Origin: Schizosaccharomyces osmophilus
Taxonomy: Eukaryota
Length of the DNA: 64,000 nucleotides
Reading direction: 5' to 3'
NCBI RefSeq assembly: GCF_027921745.1
Contig: NC_079239.1
Location: 248,001-312,000, forward strand
The position numbers and the translations under genes were made by a program. This document shows, piece by piece, positions 11,461-21,452 of the stretch; within the stretch, counting starts at the first letter, position 1; every line of letters begins with the position of its first letter. Below the pieces are notes generated by a model that did not search any database, was not told the DNA's origin, and was given only the letters and a program-made list of their open reading frames with translations.

Positions 11461-12525
11461 CTATAACAGCGGATTACTTAACCAGTAATAAGAATCTATC
11501 TTATCGGCATATTTCAGGTTCTTTGACGATTTTTCTGTTTTTGCATTCTTCATTTCCTGAGCGACAACATAATCAAGCATTTCCGGTGTACCGTGCATTT
11601 TTAGGACATTAAGGAACGTTTTACAAGGATGGTAAACAGAAAGCGATTCCTCTCTAAAAATTTGATATGCTATTCCGAATCTTCCAGTTTGCAAGCTCCA
11701 TTCCAAAAACGCAGATTTGATTAAGTTGTTTTCTGGTAGGGCAATATTTTTTAACTGCCGTAATAATTGCAAAGCCATTTGAGGAGTTTTCCTTACAATT
11801 AAATAGTAGTATATGACGAGATAAAACTCGTTGGTGGTCAAAAAATGATCAAAAAGAGAGCTAAAAAAAATCACCTCTAAGCTTCTATCACGGAAATAAT
11901 CGGGAAGTGTTGCATCTTGAGTCACTGTGTTCACATAGGCATTAATTTCATATGTAGAAGTTAGCAACGGGTATAGAAGTGTTTGAAACCAAGCGAGACT
12001 CAACAAATCTTCTTTACCTTGAAATACGTCGTATAGATTTCGTGATCGTCTATACATTTGTTTGTCGTACAACGAAAGAATCTTAGCGGTTTGGCATGGT
12101 GGATCACGAGGCTTAAGGTAAGCTTTATTCCGATCAGAAGCCATTATTAAAAGTTTTCTTGTATGCTGTAGGTTACAAAAACTTGAAGAATTAAATATGT
12201 ATTGACGCAAAGAATGACTTTCGGGCTTCTTTTCCTTACGTGCAGCATTGTTGTGTTTATTCATAAATGCACGATTCGACCTTTTCGAACTTTGAGTTGA
12301 AAGAGAAGAAGAGTCGGCAACCGTCGAAGTACTTTTTCCGGTTCTAACTTTGTCTGAAAGCAAAGTATTGTTTTCTGTTTGTGAAGAATGATTCCAAGGG
12401 GTATATGCAAAAGAACGAGAGGAGATTGTGGTATAAGGATGTGAATTGAACACACAACGAAAGTAGGAAAGATAAAAATGCACTTGAATATTATTGTGGT
12501 TGATCCTGCATCTCGCATGGAACAT
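11461..12525 (-). CDS. Schizosaccharomyces-specific protein (SPBC12C2.01c position), possibly mitochondrial
   Basis: 354-aa ORF from first ATG (MFHARCRINH...), with a basic/hydroxylated N-terminus and helical C-terminus; syntenic between nak1 and ste20; no recognisable domain. Confidence 0.65.
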   Translation of the reverse strand: MFHARCRINHNNIQVHFYLSYFRCVFNSHPYTTISSRSFAYTPWNHSSQTENNTLLSDKVRTGKSTSTVADSSSLSTQSSKRSNRAFMNKHNNAARKEKKPESHSLRQYIFNSSSFCNLQHTRKLLIMASDRNKAYLKPRDPPCQTAKILSLYDKQMYRRSRNLYDVFQGKEDLLSLAWFQTLLYPLLTSTYEINAYVNTVTQDATLPDYFRDRSLEVIFFSSLFDHFLTTNEFYLVIYYYLIVRKTPQMALQLLRQLKNIALPENNLIKSAFLEWSLQTGRFGIAYQIFREESLSVYHPCKTFLNVLKMHGTPEMLDYVVAQEMKNAKTEKSSKNLKYADKIDSYYWLSNPLL

Positions 12526-13276
12526 AGCAAGGGCCCAATGGTGAAATTTCCATAGAAGCCCGCAAACAACAGGCTTTAGTATAGTGTTTAAAACAAGTTT
12601 TATAATCAAAAGCTTGCTCAAGAACGAAAAAGCAATCGATCGATGACTCGCTTTATTTTTGTACTGTTATAAAACGAATACGGCTCCAAAATTTTTAAGC
12701 AGAAAAGCTGATCCAAAAATCAGTTTCTGAAAATAAAATAACAAGCGATAAAAATATAATATGGTTATTTTATCCTTTCTTTAAACTGACAACGAAAATC
12801 AATAATCCGTTCCTAATACGAATGAAAGCATTTATTTACCTACTTTTCATTCCTTTTTCTTTTTCCTTCTATTAGAATTACAGTATAAAACTAATTAATT
12901 CATCAATTTGGTAGAGTATTAACCCAAATCTCGCAAATGGAAAATGGTAGTAGTGACCTACCAAGTAGGTCTAAAGCGACAGATATACAATATTAGTTAT
13001 TTCGAATGCAGTTAGCTCAGCAATCACTGAATATGAACAGTTTTAAAAGATGTATTTATAATCATTTTATTATATCCTATATATGAGAAAAGCTTCGTAA
13101 TGAATTTTAGCATTGTGGTTACTCTTATTTAACACATGAACCAAGGTGAAATAGATGATTCAACATATTCATATAGAACTAACAATAAAGAATGATAAAT
13201 GACAAATAACTAAAAAGACAACCAGCAGCAACATGCGAAGTGAAATTATACAAGTACTCAAATATCCCAAAATTTT

Positions 13277-16200
13277 TTAAGATATAGCAGAAGAATTAAG
13301 CCCTGAAATTCTCGACGGCAACTCATTAGTCTCAAAAGACGCCAAAAGAGCGGAATGGGGAAACAGTTCATAAATAAATTGCAAAATCTGAACACGGTAA
13401 TGGTACTGGTCTAGAATACCAAAGCAAAACTTGGCCAGGCGCTTGGACAGAAAAACTCGAGGGCTTTTAGATCGGATTTTCGTTAACTGACGAGCAGATT
13501 CATTGGCCAAAACATGATTCGACAAATTAGAGATATACTTGACGACATCTCTTTCAGTGTTTGTTAAAGTTTCATCTAGAGATAACTGAGGGTATGTAAA
13601 CGTTCTATCATTAAGGTGATGAGCACCCTTTCTTGGAGCCGACAATACATGACATGCGTGCACTGGGATACAAACACCCTGAGATGTCCCCATTAGTGAC
13701 ATTAGACTATACCAATGCAAATTAGAAAGGATTTGTACACCACGACTAGTCCTCGAAATTAAGCCCAAAACGAAAAATGCTGTTCCACGGACAGTAGGAA
13801 TTGTTGATTCTTCCGCAAACTTAACGATAAGAGGCACTGAATTATGCTCTTCCAGAAAATAAGCCCCTGTCTCAGCTTTTCCTATATTTCCAATAGCCCA
13901 TAATGCACTTTTCAATCGACGAATGTGTAACATATCTATATTTCTGTCATACTCCTTCAATATATTCATGAAATCGCCGAAGTGACCACTGCTTTCTAAA
14001 ACAGAGCAACCTTCTGGCGACTTCACCAGTTCTCCATAGAAATGTAATGGAAGAATATCATCTCCGTTAGTTGTAATCTCCGTATTAGCAATATCCATGT
14101 TAGAAATAAATGTCAAAAATCCATTCTGTTCTATTAAATCAACATAGGCCTCATTTCGATGGTGAAACCAATTGTCTAATTCATGTTCAATAAAATTAAT
14201 CTCTGACAGATAATGAAAGCCGATAGTAGTAGCCAAAAATCTCAATAACAGAGGTGAGCCTATTTCGCCTAAATGGGCCAAAGATGGCTGTAATTGAACA
14301 ACTTGAGCAAGTAAATTTTCATTTTTAGCACATACATCATCCAAAGCTTTGACAGCAACTTGACAAACCTCCAAAGAGGGATCATACAATTGAAATATCA
14401 AAAGAGAAATAGCCCAATGATTCAAGTTGTCGTTTCCTGATTCCGAGTTAATCAACGTTAATAGATGCCGTGTTGATTGTAGTCGTACACTTTGTTGCGC
14501 GGTGCTTAATGCTTTTGAAAATATGATCCTGCTGTGGCCCTCCAAGCGATAATCCACATTCGTTAAAAAACAAATTAACAAATCATCTCTGTTTTGAATC
14601 TCGGCAAGGTGATACAGAGTAGTAAATATTCTCCAACGTTCCAAAATAGCATGCCCTTCTTTTTGACTTGAAAGAACTTTGAGCATGGAAAAATAACCAT
14701 GCACGAGAGTTGTCTGTAAACGTTTCGTGGAAAAAATCGGATTCGCGACTTGGCCAGAATATTCGTCTAACTGAGACAAAGCTTCGGCAATCTGTTTTAT
14801 AAGTTTGCTTTCTGATAAATATTTGACCCCTTCTGGATTCGCCAAAAGCGTCTTGAATACCAGACACCCGACGTTTATGTACTTGTGATTAGCCGTAGTA
14901 TTTTTTATGGAAGAAAAGCGATCTGAAAAAGGTTTATAAAACGACAACAATCTTTTTATAAATTTCGTTGTACGAAGAGTTTCATCTATTCTCTTATGGC
15001 TTAGAAGAGGTCCTTCCATAATTTGTGCTAGTGTATCCCATCTCCATTTTTGATAATTTTTTGTAGTAAGGACATTCGTTTCTGCCAGCATATTTCTAAA
15101 ATGTGAGTCATCAATCTGCAATCCCATCTTCAATTTAACATGCTCAATCTGCCTTTGACCCCGAAACGTATTCCCAGATAACCCCACCTCATGGATATTG
15201 GATGCACGGTTAACTATTTCGGACTGACATTTTGCACGGTTTAAGCTTTCAATTGATTGTAGGACTGAAGTAGCAACAAATCTATCCTCAGCAGTAAATT
15301 TGGAAGCCATATTGAATAAAGATGGAAGTGACTGAATTTTAGCGCCTAGCTGAATAGGAAGTAGCTGATCCGAAAGACGTAAAACTTCACCAAGAAGATA
15401 TGTTGCCTTTTTGCAAAGGGTTTGATCGTCATTAGCACGGATCACACATACGATCGATTCAACCAAACCCAACTCCAGAAAAATGAATAATATGAGAGCT
15501 GTGAAATGGTGATTAAGAGCTAAAAATTTTCTGTAGGACCCGTCGCATAAATTGAGCGTGCTAGCTTCGATTTCTTCAATAATATTCTGACCTTTGGCAG
15601 GAAAATGCTTCTTTCCAGCGGCCATACACGTATCATGAACGGTTGAACAATCAACTTTGAAAATAAGCAAAAACAAATCGATTATATCATTACGAGCGGT
15701 GAACGTCGGAACACGAAGGGAATCTACAAGAGATCGAAGGGCTTGAAAATCCTCGGTAGAGAAAGCTAAAAGTCCAGGCCAGGAATTTAAAAGGACAGAA
15801 ATAATTTTAGCGCTTGATCGAATAGCTCTAGAGGTTTGTTCCGGCTGACCTCCGGAGGGACTGTATAAGTCGTAAAGGCTGGGTGAAGTGAATGGTGATA
15901 ATAAAATACCAATGTCATAAGGTAAGCTCAGATAACGGTAAGTTTCGGGGTTGTCTAAAAGATAAATGAGTGCCAAAGCTGAAGTCGCCGCTAAGTCCTC
16001 TGAAATGGAGCCATCGACGAGAGAGGAAATTAATACTCTCAACCCATTAGCTCGTAATAATACCTGAGGCTTTAATATCATCAATTCAATTAGTGTTTCA
16101 CTTGCAATACCCCTGTTTGCATCTGTGGAATGCTCACAGATAGCAATTAACGTGTTCGTAATGCCTAAAAGCATACGCTCATGTTCTTCAGTACACGAGA

Positions 16201-17155
16201 ACGCATACAGTGTACGAATCAATCGAAATGCCTGAGCCTTTTCCGCCTCATAAGTGAGACCTATCGATATGATAGATTTCGAAAGCAGCCAAGTCAAATT
16301 TAATGACTGACACACGGCGAACGCCGAAGGATCCGTAAATAAATTTCTTATAATGCGATACACACAAGCAGAAACGTCCGGTATGTTAAGGGTAAGCATG
16401 AAATGGAGGGTAGGAAGCATGTAATAAGCCTTTGTAAGACAATCTTTTTCGGGGTGCTCATGCAGATACTGACAAATGTTGTTGGCGTTGTGGATAATTT
16501 CGGTACTGGAAAGCCTTGAGCAAGCATCCTGTACAATCTTCGTCCAGTCTTGAAGAATCAAGCTGGGTACCTCTTTCGACGAGTAAGATTGAGCTTCGTT
16601 ACTTGGAGATGGAAAAACAGACAAAGGCTTGTGGTCCCAACCTTCAGCCTTGTCGATAGCAACAAACTGAGTGACTATAGGATCTAGTCTATCTGAAAAA
16701 TCTATGCATTCATTTTTTGAAAGTGCCACATCTGTTCGCGTGGAGGTACCCAATTGGGTTTTTGTATGTGTTTCCGGATGGCTTTGAGCTTTAAAAAGTG
16801 ACGGATTCCAAGCACTCATTCTAGACTCCCTAGTTTCGTTTTGAGAATCCATTTGATAGCTCTCGATAGATAGCTTGATGCCCTTGATTGATCTTCTACA
16901 GGATTCCAAATCAGATTCGAGGTTATCCTTTAAGCTCGCTCTTCGTTCTATCGGTTCATGTTTAAATCTCGAATTAAAGTCATTTAGCAATCGTTCAGTT
17001 TTTTGATATGCTGCACGTTCATTGTCCAATTTTCGTTTCAGTTGGTCGGTTTTTTCGTCGTAGTTTTCAACAACGTCAGGTAGTTTGTCCATCATGGAAC
17101 TCGTTTCCTTACTGTTTGTACCAAATTGTTGGCTTTCCGGTCGGATAGGAATCAT
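13277..17155 (-). CDS. ste20: TORC2 subunit, Rictor/Avo3 orthologue
   Basis: 1292-aa ORF with an HR1-like N-terminus and Rictor motifs (FRNMLAETNVL..K.YQKWRWD, RLLSFYKP, LKSALWAIGNIG, RGTAFFVLGLIS). Confidence 0.93.
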   Translation of the reverse strand: MIPIRPESQQFGTNSKETSSMMDKLPDVVENYDEKTDQLKRKLDNERAAYQKTERLLNDFNSRFKHEPIERRASLKDNLESDLESCRRSIKGIKLSIESYQMDSQNETRESRMSAWNPSLFKAQSHPETHTKTQLGTSTRTDVALSKNECIDFSDRLDPIVTQFVAIDKAEGWDHKPLSVFPSPSNEAQSYSSKEVPSLILQDWTKIVQDACSRLSSTEIIHNANNICQYLHEHPEKDCLTKAYYMLPTLHFMLTLNIPDVSACVYRIIRNLFTDPSAFAVCQSLNLTWLLSKSIISIGLTYEAEKAQAFRLIRTLYAFSCTEEHERMLLGITNTLIAICEHSTDANRGIASETLIELMILKPQVLLRANGLRVLISSLVDGSISEDLAATSALALIYLLDNPETYRYLSLPYDIGILLSPFTSPSLYDLYSPSGGQPEQTSRAIRSSAKIISVLLNSWPGLLAFSTEDFQALRSLVDSLRVPTFTARNDIIDLFLLIFKVDCSTVHDTCMAAGKKHFPAKGQNIIEEIEASTLNLCDGSYRKFLALNHHFTALILFIFLELGLVESIVCVIRANDDQTLCKKATYLLGEVLRLSDQLLPIQLGAKIQSLPSLFNMASKFTAEDRFVATSVLQSIESLNRAKCQSEIVNRASNIHEVGLSGNTFRGQRQIEHVKLKMGLQIDDSHFRNMLAETNVLTTKNYQKWRWDTLAQIMEGPLLSHKRIDETLRTTKFIKRLLSFYKPFSDRFSSIKNTTANHKYINVGCLVFKTLLANPEGVKYLSESKLIKQIAEALSQLDEYSGQVANPIFSTKRLQTTLVHGYFSMLKVLSSQKEGHAILERWRIFTTLYHLAEIQNRDDLLICFLTNVDYRLEGHSRIIFSKALSTAQQSVRLQSTRHLLTLINSESGNDNLNHWAISLLIFQLYDPSLEVCQVAVKALDDVCAKNENLLAQVVQLQPSLAHLGEIGSPLLLRFLATTIGFHYLSEINFIEHELDNWFHHRNEAYVDLIEQNGFLTFISNMDIANTEITTNGDDILPLHFYGELVKSPEGCSVLESSGHFGDFMNILKEYDRNIDMLHIRRLKSALWAIGNIGKAETGAYFLEEHNSVPLIVKFAEESTIPTVRGTAFFVLGLISRTSRGVQILSNLHWYSLMSLMGTSQGVCIPVHACHVLSAPRKGAHHLNDRTFTYPQLSLDETLTNTERDVVKYISNLSNHVLANESARQLTKIRSKSPRVFLSKRLAKFCFGILDQYHYRVQILQFIYELFPHSALLASFETNELPSRISGLNSSAIS

Positions 17156-18296
17156 AGCTATCTACGAAAAAGGAAAAACATTAAGAACCTTTTTATAAGG
17201 GACTTGCATTTGACATGAAACAAAAGCCTTTGCCTATAAATGTTGAATGAAACGTACGCTAGACTCAACCACTTAGCAAATTGCTTTGTTTGTTTTTATT
17301 CTCATATAAGAAAAGATCCAATTTTGTCATATACAATAAGAAATACGTTCATGAAGACTTAGTGGTGATTATTATTTTGCTTTTGCATTGTCGCATTTTC
17401 CTCAAAGGAGTCCACCTTTATCAAATTGTTGCGAAGCGCACAATAGCAATTAAGCTCTTACGAATCGAAAGTTTCTGCCGTTATTACAAACGGTCTTGTT
17501 AGTAAATATATATTACAATATATTCGGAAATATTACAAAAGGTAAACAAAGCATGCAAAGGACGATTGAAGAAGTCTTTAGTTGTAAGACTACGCCACCT
17601 GTGAGGCGCGCAAAGGATTGCATTCAACTTTGTTTTCCTTCGAGGCATAGGAAACCTTCAATATACGGTCGAACAGTTTGTGGATAAAATTTGGCTAGAA
17701 AGATTTAGCAATTTGTCATTACGAACGAGTTCCACTCGCAAGCATATTAAAATGTTGATATAAAAATAAGCACCGCAACACAATGCTCAGCTTGTTCAGC
17801 ACATGAATACGTCTCAATTCCTTTTCATTAAATTTCTACTATTTTAAGCATTCCCCGACATAGACGATAAAGATTTCCAAAATGAAGCACATACAAAAGT
17901 ATTTTAACTGTAGCTTTACAACACCTTGATTGTTTCCAAGTTGCATACAGAGTTTTTACTGACCAAAAAGATTACTAGGGAAGGAGGAAACTTTCATGGG
18001 CAAAGCATAATTACTCTACAGCTTATGAGAAAAACAAGTATAGGCAAACTAAAATAGAAGAAGCATTGTGTTTTATGCTGACTATAAAATGAGATCAAGG
18101 AGCGTATAAAATATAAATCCAAATCTCAGAAAACAAAAGGATCCGGAGAACAAAAAAACACATCATAAGCTTTAAAGAAAAAATATGTCACTGAAGTGAA
18201 AAGAAAGGGGAATAAAAACAATTAACCTGAAATACATGTATAGGGTTCATCATAATACAGGCGGAAAACAATGAACTTTTCGAAGTAGGAGATACA

Positions 18297-20018
18297 TTAC
18301 CAAATTTCCTTAATATATTTCAACGAAAGAGGATTCTGCCAAGTCGCCAATTGGTTCGCAGCTTCATTTTGAGACATACTTCCGTATTGCATGCAAATGT
18401 CCTTTAAGGCTTCATCAACACCCCGTAATAAGCCTTGTTTACCACCGCAAAGGTATATTTTACCGTTTGGATGATTCAAGACATTCCACACAATATCGCC
18501 TTTCATGCGTAATTCGTCCTGTACATATACTTTTCTGTGTGAACGTGATTCGACGACCATATGATGGGGACCTTCTTTGGGATCGTTGTGAAATTCTAAA
18601 GCATCCACCTCGGTATTGTTTTGCTTGGCAGGAGAGCCGGGAGAGTCAAGGCCAGAGTTCTCACTTTGGTTTTCCCATTCGCCATGATACAATTCATCCA
18701 GTTCCGAGTTACGACAACCGTGAAAGATCCAAACTTTTCCGGCACAAGATGCGTTCATGAGACGGCGTTGAACGAAACCACGGAAAGGAGCAATGCCGAC
18801 ACCGGTGCCAATGAGACACATGGGACCATCAGAAGTGAAGTGGGTAACAAAAGCATTTCTATGCAACCCACGAAACATGGGAAGAACCAAATCTCTTTTG
18901 CCATCCATCCATTGTTTTGCTAAATGATACAAGAAACCAGAGCCGATTCCGTAATGGACACCACCACCGACCTTTTCAATCTCTACGAGAGCAACAGCGA
19001 ATTCCAAGATTCCATTATGCTGAGCGGGATCGTTAGACAAAGAATACCATCTTGGCATCAGCTGGGGCAAAACACTTAGCAAGTGATCCAAAGGAAGCTT
19101 GACACTGGGGAAGGCTTCCAAAAGAGTAAGCAGAGTAACATTATTATTAGCTCTTAGATCACAGAAAGCACGTTGACCGAGACGGCTAACCAAAAACAAT
19201 AGTATTTGCTTTTCAGTAGGATTTTCGGCGTATTCAGCCAACAAACGGATTAATTGCTTTTTGGGGGGAGCAGACATGAAATCCGAGGACCATTTGAGTA
19301 GTTCGCGCCGAGTCGTGGGAAGCTCTCGAGCCATGTCCTCTGCCCATATGGTGGGCCAGCGACCGCCATTGGTTTTCAAAAGAATGGGAGCGTCGGCAAC
19401 ATCATTGGGAATTTGCAAAAGGAGGAGCAAATGGTTTACGACGGCATCATCATTGGGAGCCATGAGACCAAAAGAACCGCCAACCATCCATTCTTCACCG
19501 TCGGGAAGAGGATAGTTGGAAACATCGATTTCGAAATGGAAAGCGCGCTTGTAGGCATTGGGCTTTGTTAGTTCGCGGATGTTGGTGACGGGAGAAGGAT
19601 AGACGTGGAAAGGGGGATGAGGTTGAACAAAAGAAGGAGGCATTTTTTCAGGAATAAGAGGGCTTGGATGGGAGGAATCGGCAGCTTTGGCCTCGGGGGT
19701 CAAGGGAGTGAAAGAGACATTACGGGCAGGAAGTTTGGGAATACGATCAATGGTGATGTTATCGTGCAAAAGCCGAAGGTCAAGGTTGAGAGACTGGAAG
19801 TGAGGGTTTAAAACGAGACTGGACATGGAGTCGGCGAGGGTTTGAGAGGGATCGTTTAAGTGGGCGCTTTCGTTTGCGTCTTTATTGGAAGAGCAACGGC
19901 AGTTTACGCAACCGAGCTCAGCGGCAGAAGAAGAGGAATGGGGAATGTTTACGGTAGACGAAGAGGGGGGATTGGGATAGAGATGCTGATGTTTTTGAGA
20001 AATCACAGAAGGAGCCAT
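18297..20018 (-). CDS. FAD/NADPH-binding FNR-like reductase of the CPR/MTRR superfamily lacking the FMN (flavodoxin) domain (SPBC12C2.03c orthologue)
   Basis: 573 aa from MAPSVISQK with RWYSLSN (FAD), GIGSGFL, IGTGVGIAPFRGF, FHGCRN, SR..RKVYVQD (2'-phosphate of NADPH), IYLCGG and terminal KEIW. Confidence 0.85.
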   Translation of the reverse strand: MAPSVISQKHQHLYPNPPSSSTVNIPHSSSSAAELGCVNCRCSSNKDANESAHLNDPSQTLADSMSSLVLNPHFQSLNLDLRLLHDNITIDRIPKLPARNVSFTPLTPEAKAADSSHPSPLIPEKMPPSFVQPHPPFHVYPSPVTNIRELTKPNAYKRAFHFEIDVSNYPLPDGEEWMVGGSFGLMAPNDDAVVNHLLLLLQIPNDVADAPILLKTNGGRWPTIWAEDMARELPTTRRELLKWSSDFMSAPPKKQLIRLLAEYAENPTEKQILLFLVSRLGQRAFCDLRANNNVTLLTLLEAFPSVKLPLDHLLSVLPQLMPRWYSLSNDPAQHNGILEFAVALVEIEKVGGGVHYGIGSGFLYHLAKQWMDGKRDLVLPMFRGLHRNAFVTHFTSDGPMCLIGTGVGIAPFRGFVQRRLMNASCAGKVWIFHGCRNSELDELYHGEWENQSENSGLDSPGSPAKQNNTEVDALEFHNDPKEGPHHMVVESRSHRKVYVQDELRMKGDIVWNVLNHPNGKIYLCGGKQGLLRGVDEALKDICMQYGSMSQNEAANQLATWQNPLSLKYIKEIW

Positions 20019-20330
20019 TGTTGGGAAATGGCGAGAGCAGAAAAACGTCCAAAAATAGAAAACAACAAAAAAAAGAAAAGAAAAGAGAAGAGAGACAAGG
20101 GATATTTGTTTGTTGGAGGAGGAAAAGCTAAAGAGATTCCTGGACGAAGAGAAGAGGTCGCAAAAGAAGCACCAATGGGTTAGGAAAGCAAAGAGGAAGA
20201 ATTCCAAACAAAAGAGGATAAATTTGCGTCGTTTCCAAGAAAATTGAGCTATTTTAAGCCAAGTTAGGCAGCAAAAACCGTCGAGAAGGGGAAAAGTAAA
20301 AGCAAAAGTGATGGTAGAAGAAGAGTCGAG

Positions 20331-20341
20331 TGATCAGATAA
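20331..20341 (+). promoter_or_regulatory. Fep1-type extended GATA motif TGATCAGATAA
   Basis: Exact ATC(A/T)GATAA match; the identical 11-mer occurs inverted at 20836-20846 and 54585-54595. Confidence 0.5.
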
Positions 20342-20835
20342 AATTTAATAGCAAAATCGGTTCCCAGCTGATCATGAGATTTCAAATAAGGAAGTGGATC
20401 GGTAGCGTTAAACGAGGGAACGAGGGGAAGGAATAGAACGTAAAAAAAAGCGAAAAGGATGTTGTGGTATAAGAGAGAAGAAAAAAGGAAGAAAGAAAGT
20501 AATAAAGTAATAAAGAATAGACAGAGCGAGTGTTGTTGGAAGGGAGGAAAAGGCGATTTTTGGTCCGTAGAAAAATCTCAACGTCGGAAGACGTGGAGGC
20601 AAACAAACGTTCGCTGAGTCTGAATTGCAAGAGAAAAGTCAGAGTCGTAAAATTGACAAATGGCCAAACGGTGAGTCGAAAGCGTATTCCTTTTGTCTGT
20701 TGTTTTTAATTTTAATTGTTTGTTTTTGTTTTTTTCCTATTCCTCTCTGCTCCATGTAGATCTTGCAAATCGTTCGTACGAAGCGATCTTACGGATCAGC
20801 GAAGCGAGGCTGGTGCGTCATTCTCCAATTAACGA

Positions 20836-20846
20836 TTATCTGATCA
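20836..20846 (-). promoter_or_regulatory. Fep1-type extended GATA motif TGATCAGATAA (inverted copy)
   Basis: TTATCTGATCA on + strand. Confidence 0.5.
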
Positions 20847-20872
20847 TCATGATCGACGTAGATCTAGCAAGG

Positions 20873-20900
20873 CATAGACATAGACATAGACATTGACATA
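20873..20900. repeat. (CATAGA)3 CATTGA CATA hexamer repeat
   Basis: Read directly. Confidence 0.8.
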
Positions 20901-21083
20901 TGGCAGGATACAAGTATGGGAGAGGTGCTTTCTCTTGAAAGGTGTCAATGGAAAGCCAAGGGAAAGAGAGTGAAACTCCTAAGAGTTCATGAAAAGTTCA
21001 AGGAAATGCCTTAAAAAGGAGGAACAAATATTCTTTTATGAAAAAGTAGAATCCATCACCGACCACTTTATCAACATCCCGAG

Positions 21084-21117
21084 CTACGACCACCGACTAC
21101 GACGACTACGGACCACC
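21084..21117. repeat. Degenerate GAC/CAC/TAC trinucleotide repeat
   Basis: CTACGACCACCGACTACGACGACTACGGACCACC read directly. Confidence 0.6.
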
Positions 21118-21293
21118 AAAAAAACACTGGCATACCTTGATGGGTGCTTGCGTCTGCTCAAGCCTGCTCGCACCTCATGCTGCAATGCACTCCAACACCA
21201 CCCAGCTCGATCCACGAAATAGTGTACCTCTATCCAATGCACAGTTCTCAGCCCTCAGTCCTTAGTCCTCCATCCATACAACACAGTGTTTTT

Positions 21294-21319
21294 TGTTTAT
21301 GTTTATGTTTATGTCTATG
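21294..21319. repeat. TG(TTTATG)3 TCTATG hexamer repeat, inverted relative to 20873-20898
   Basis: Read directly. Confidence 0.8.
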
Positions 21320-21408
21320 GGTCCAAGTCTATGTATGATGTATCGCTAGTACGATAATCCATCCTTGTAGTTTGCCACGCAATAGGATATGGTTACAAAG
21401 GGTCGGCA

Positions 21409-21452
21409 GAACGACAGAACGATAGAACGACTAGGAACGACTAGGAACGACT
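21409..21452 (+). repeat. Five tandem GAACGA units with 8-10 bp period; includes GAA-N7-GAA-N7-GAA
   Basis: GAACGA at 21409, 21417, 21425, 21435, 21445. Confidence 0.8.

Noticed and set aside
20019..20207. 63-codon hydrophobic N-terminal extension of the reductase in the ORF track
   Set aside because: It has a non-ATG start and is Phe/Ser/Leu-rich because it translates a pyrimidine-rich leader; the first ATG is 20018.
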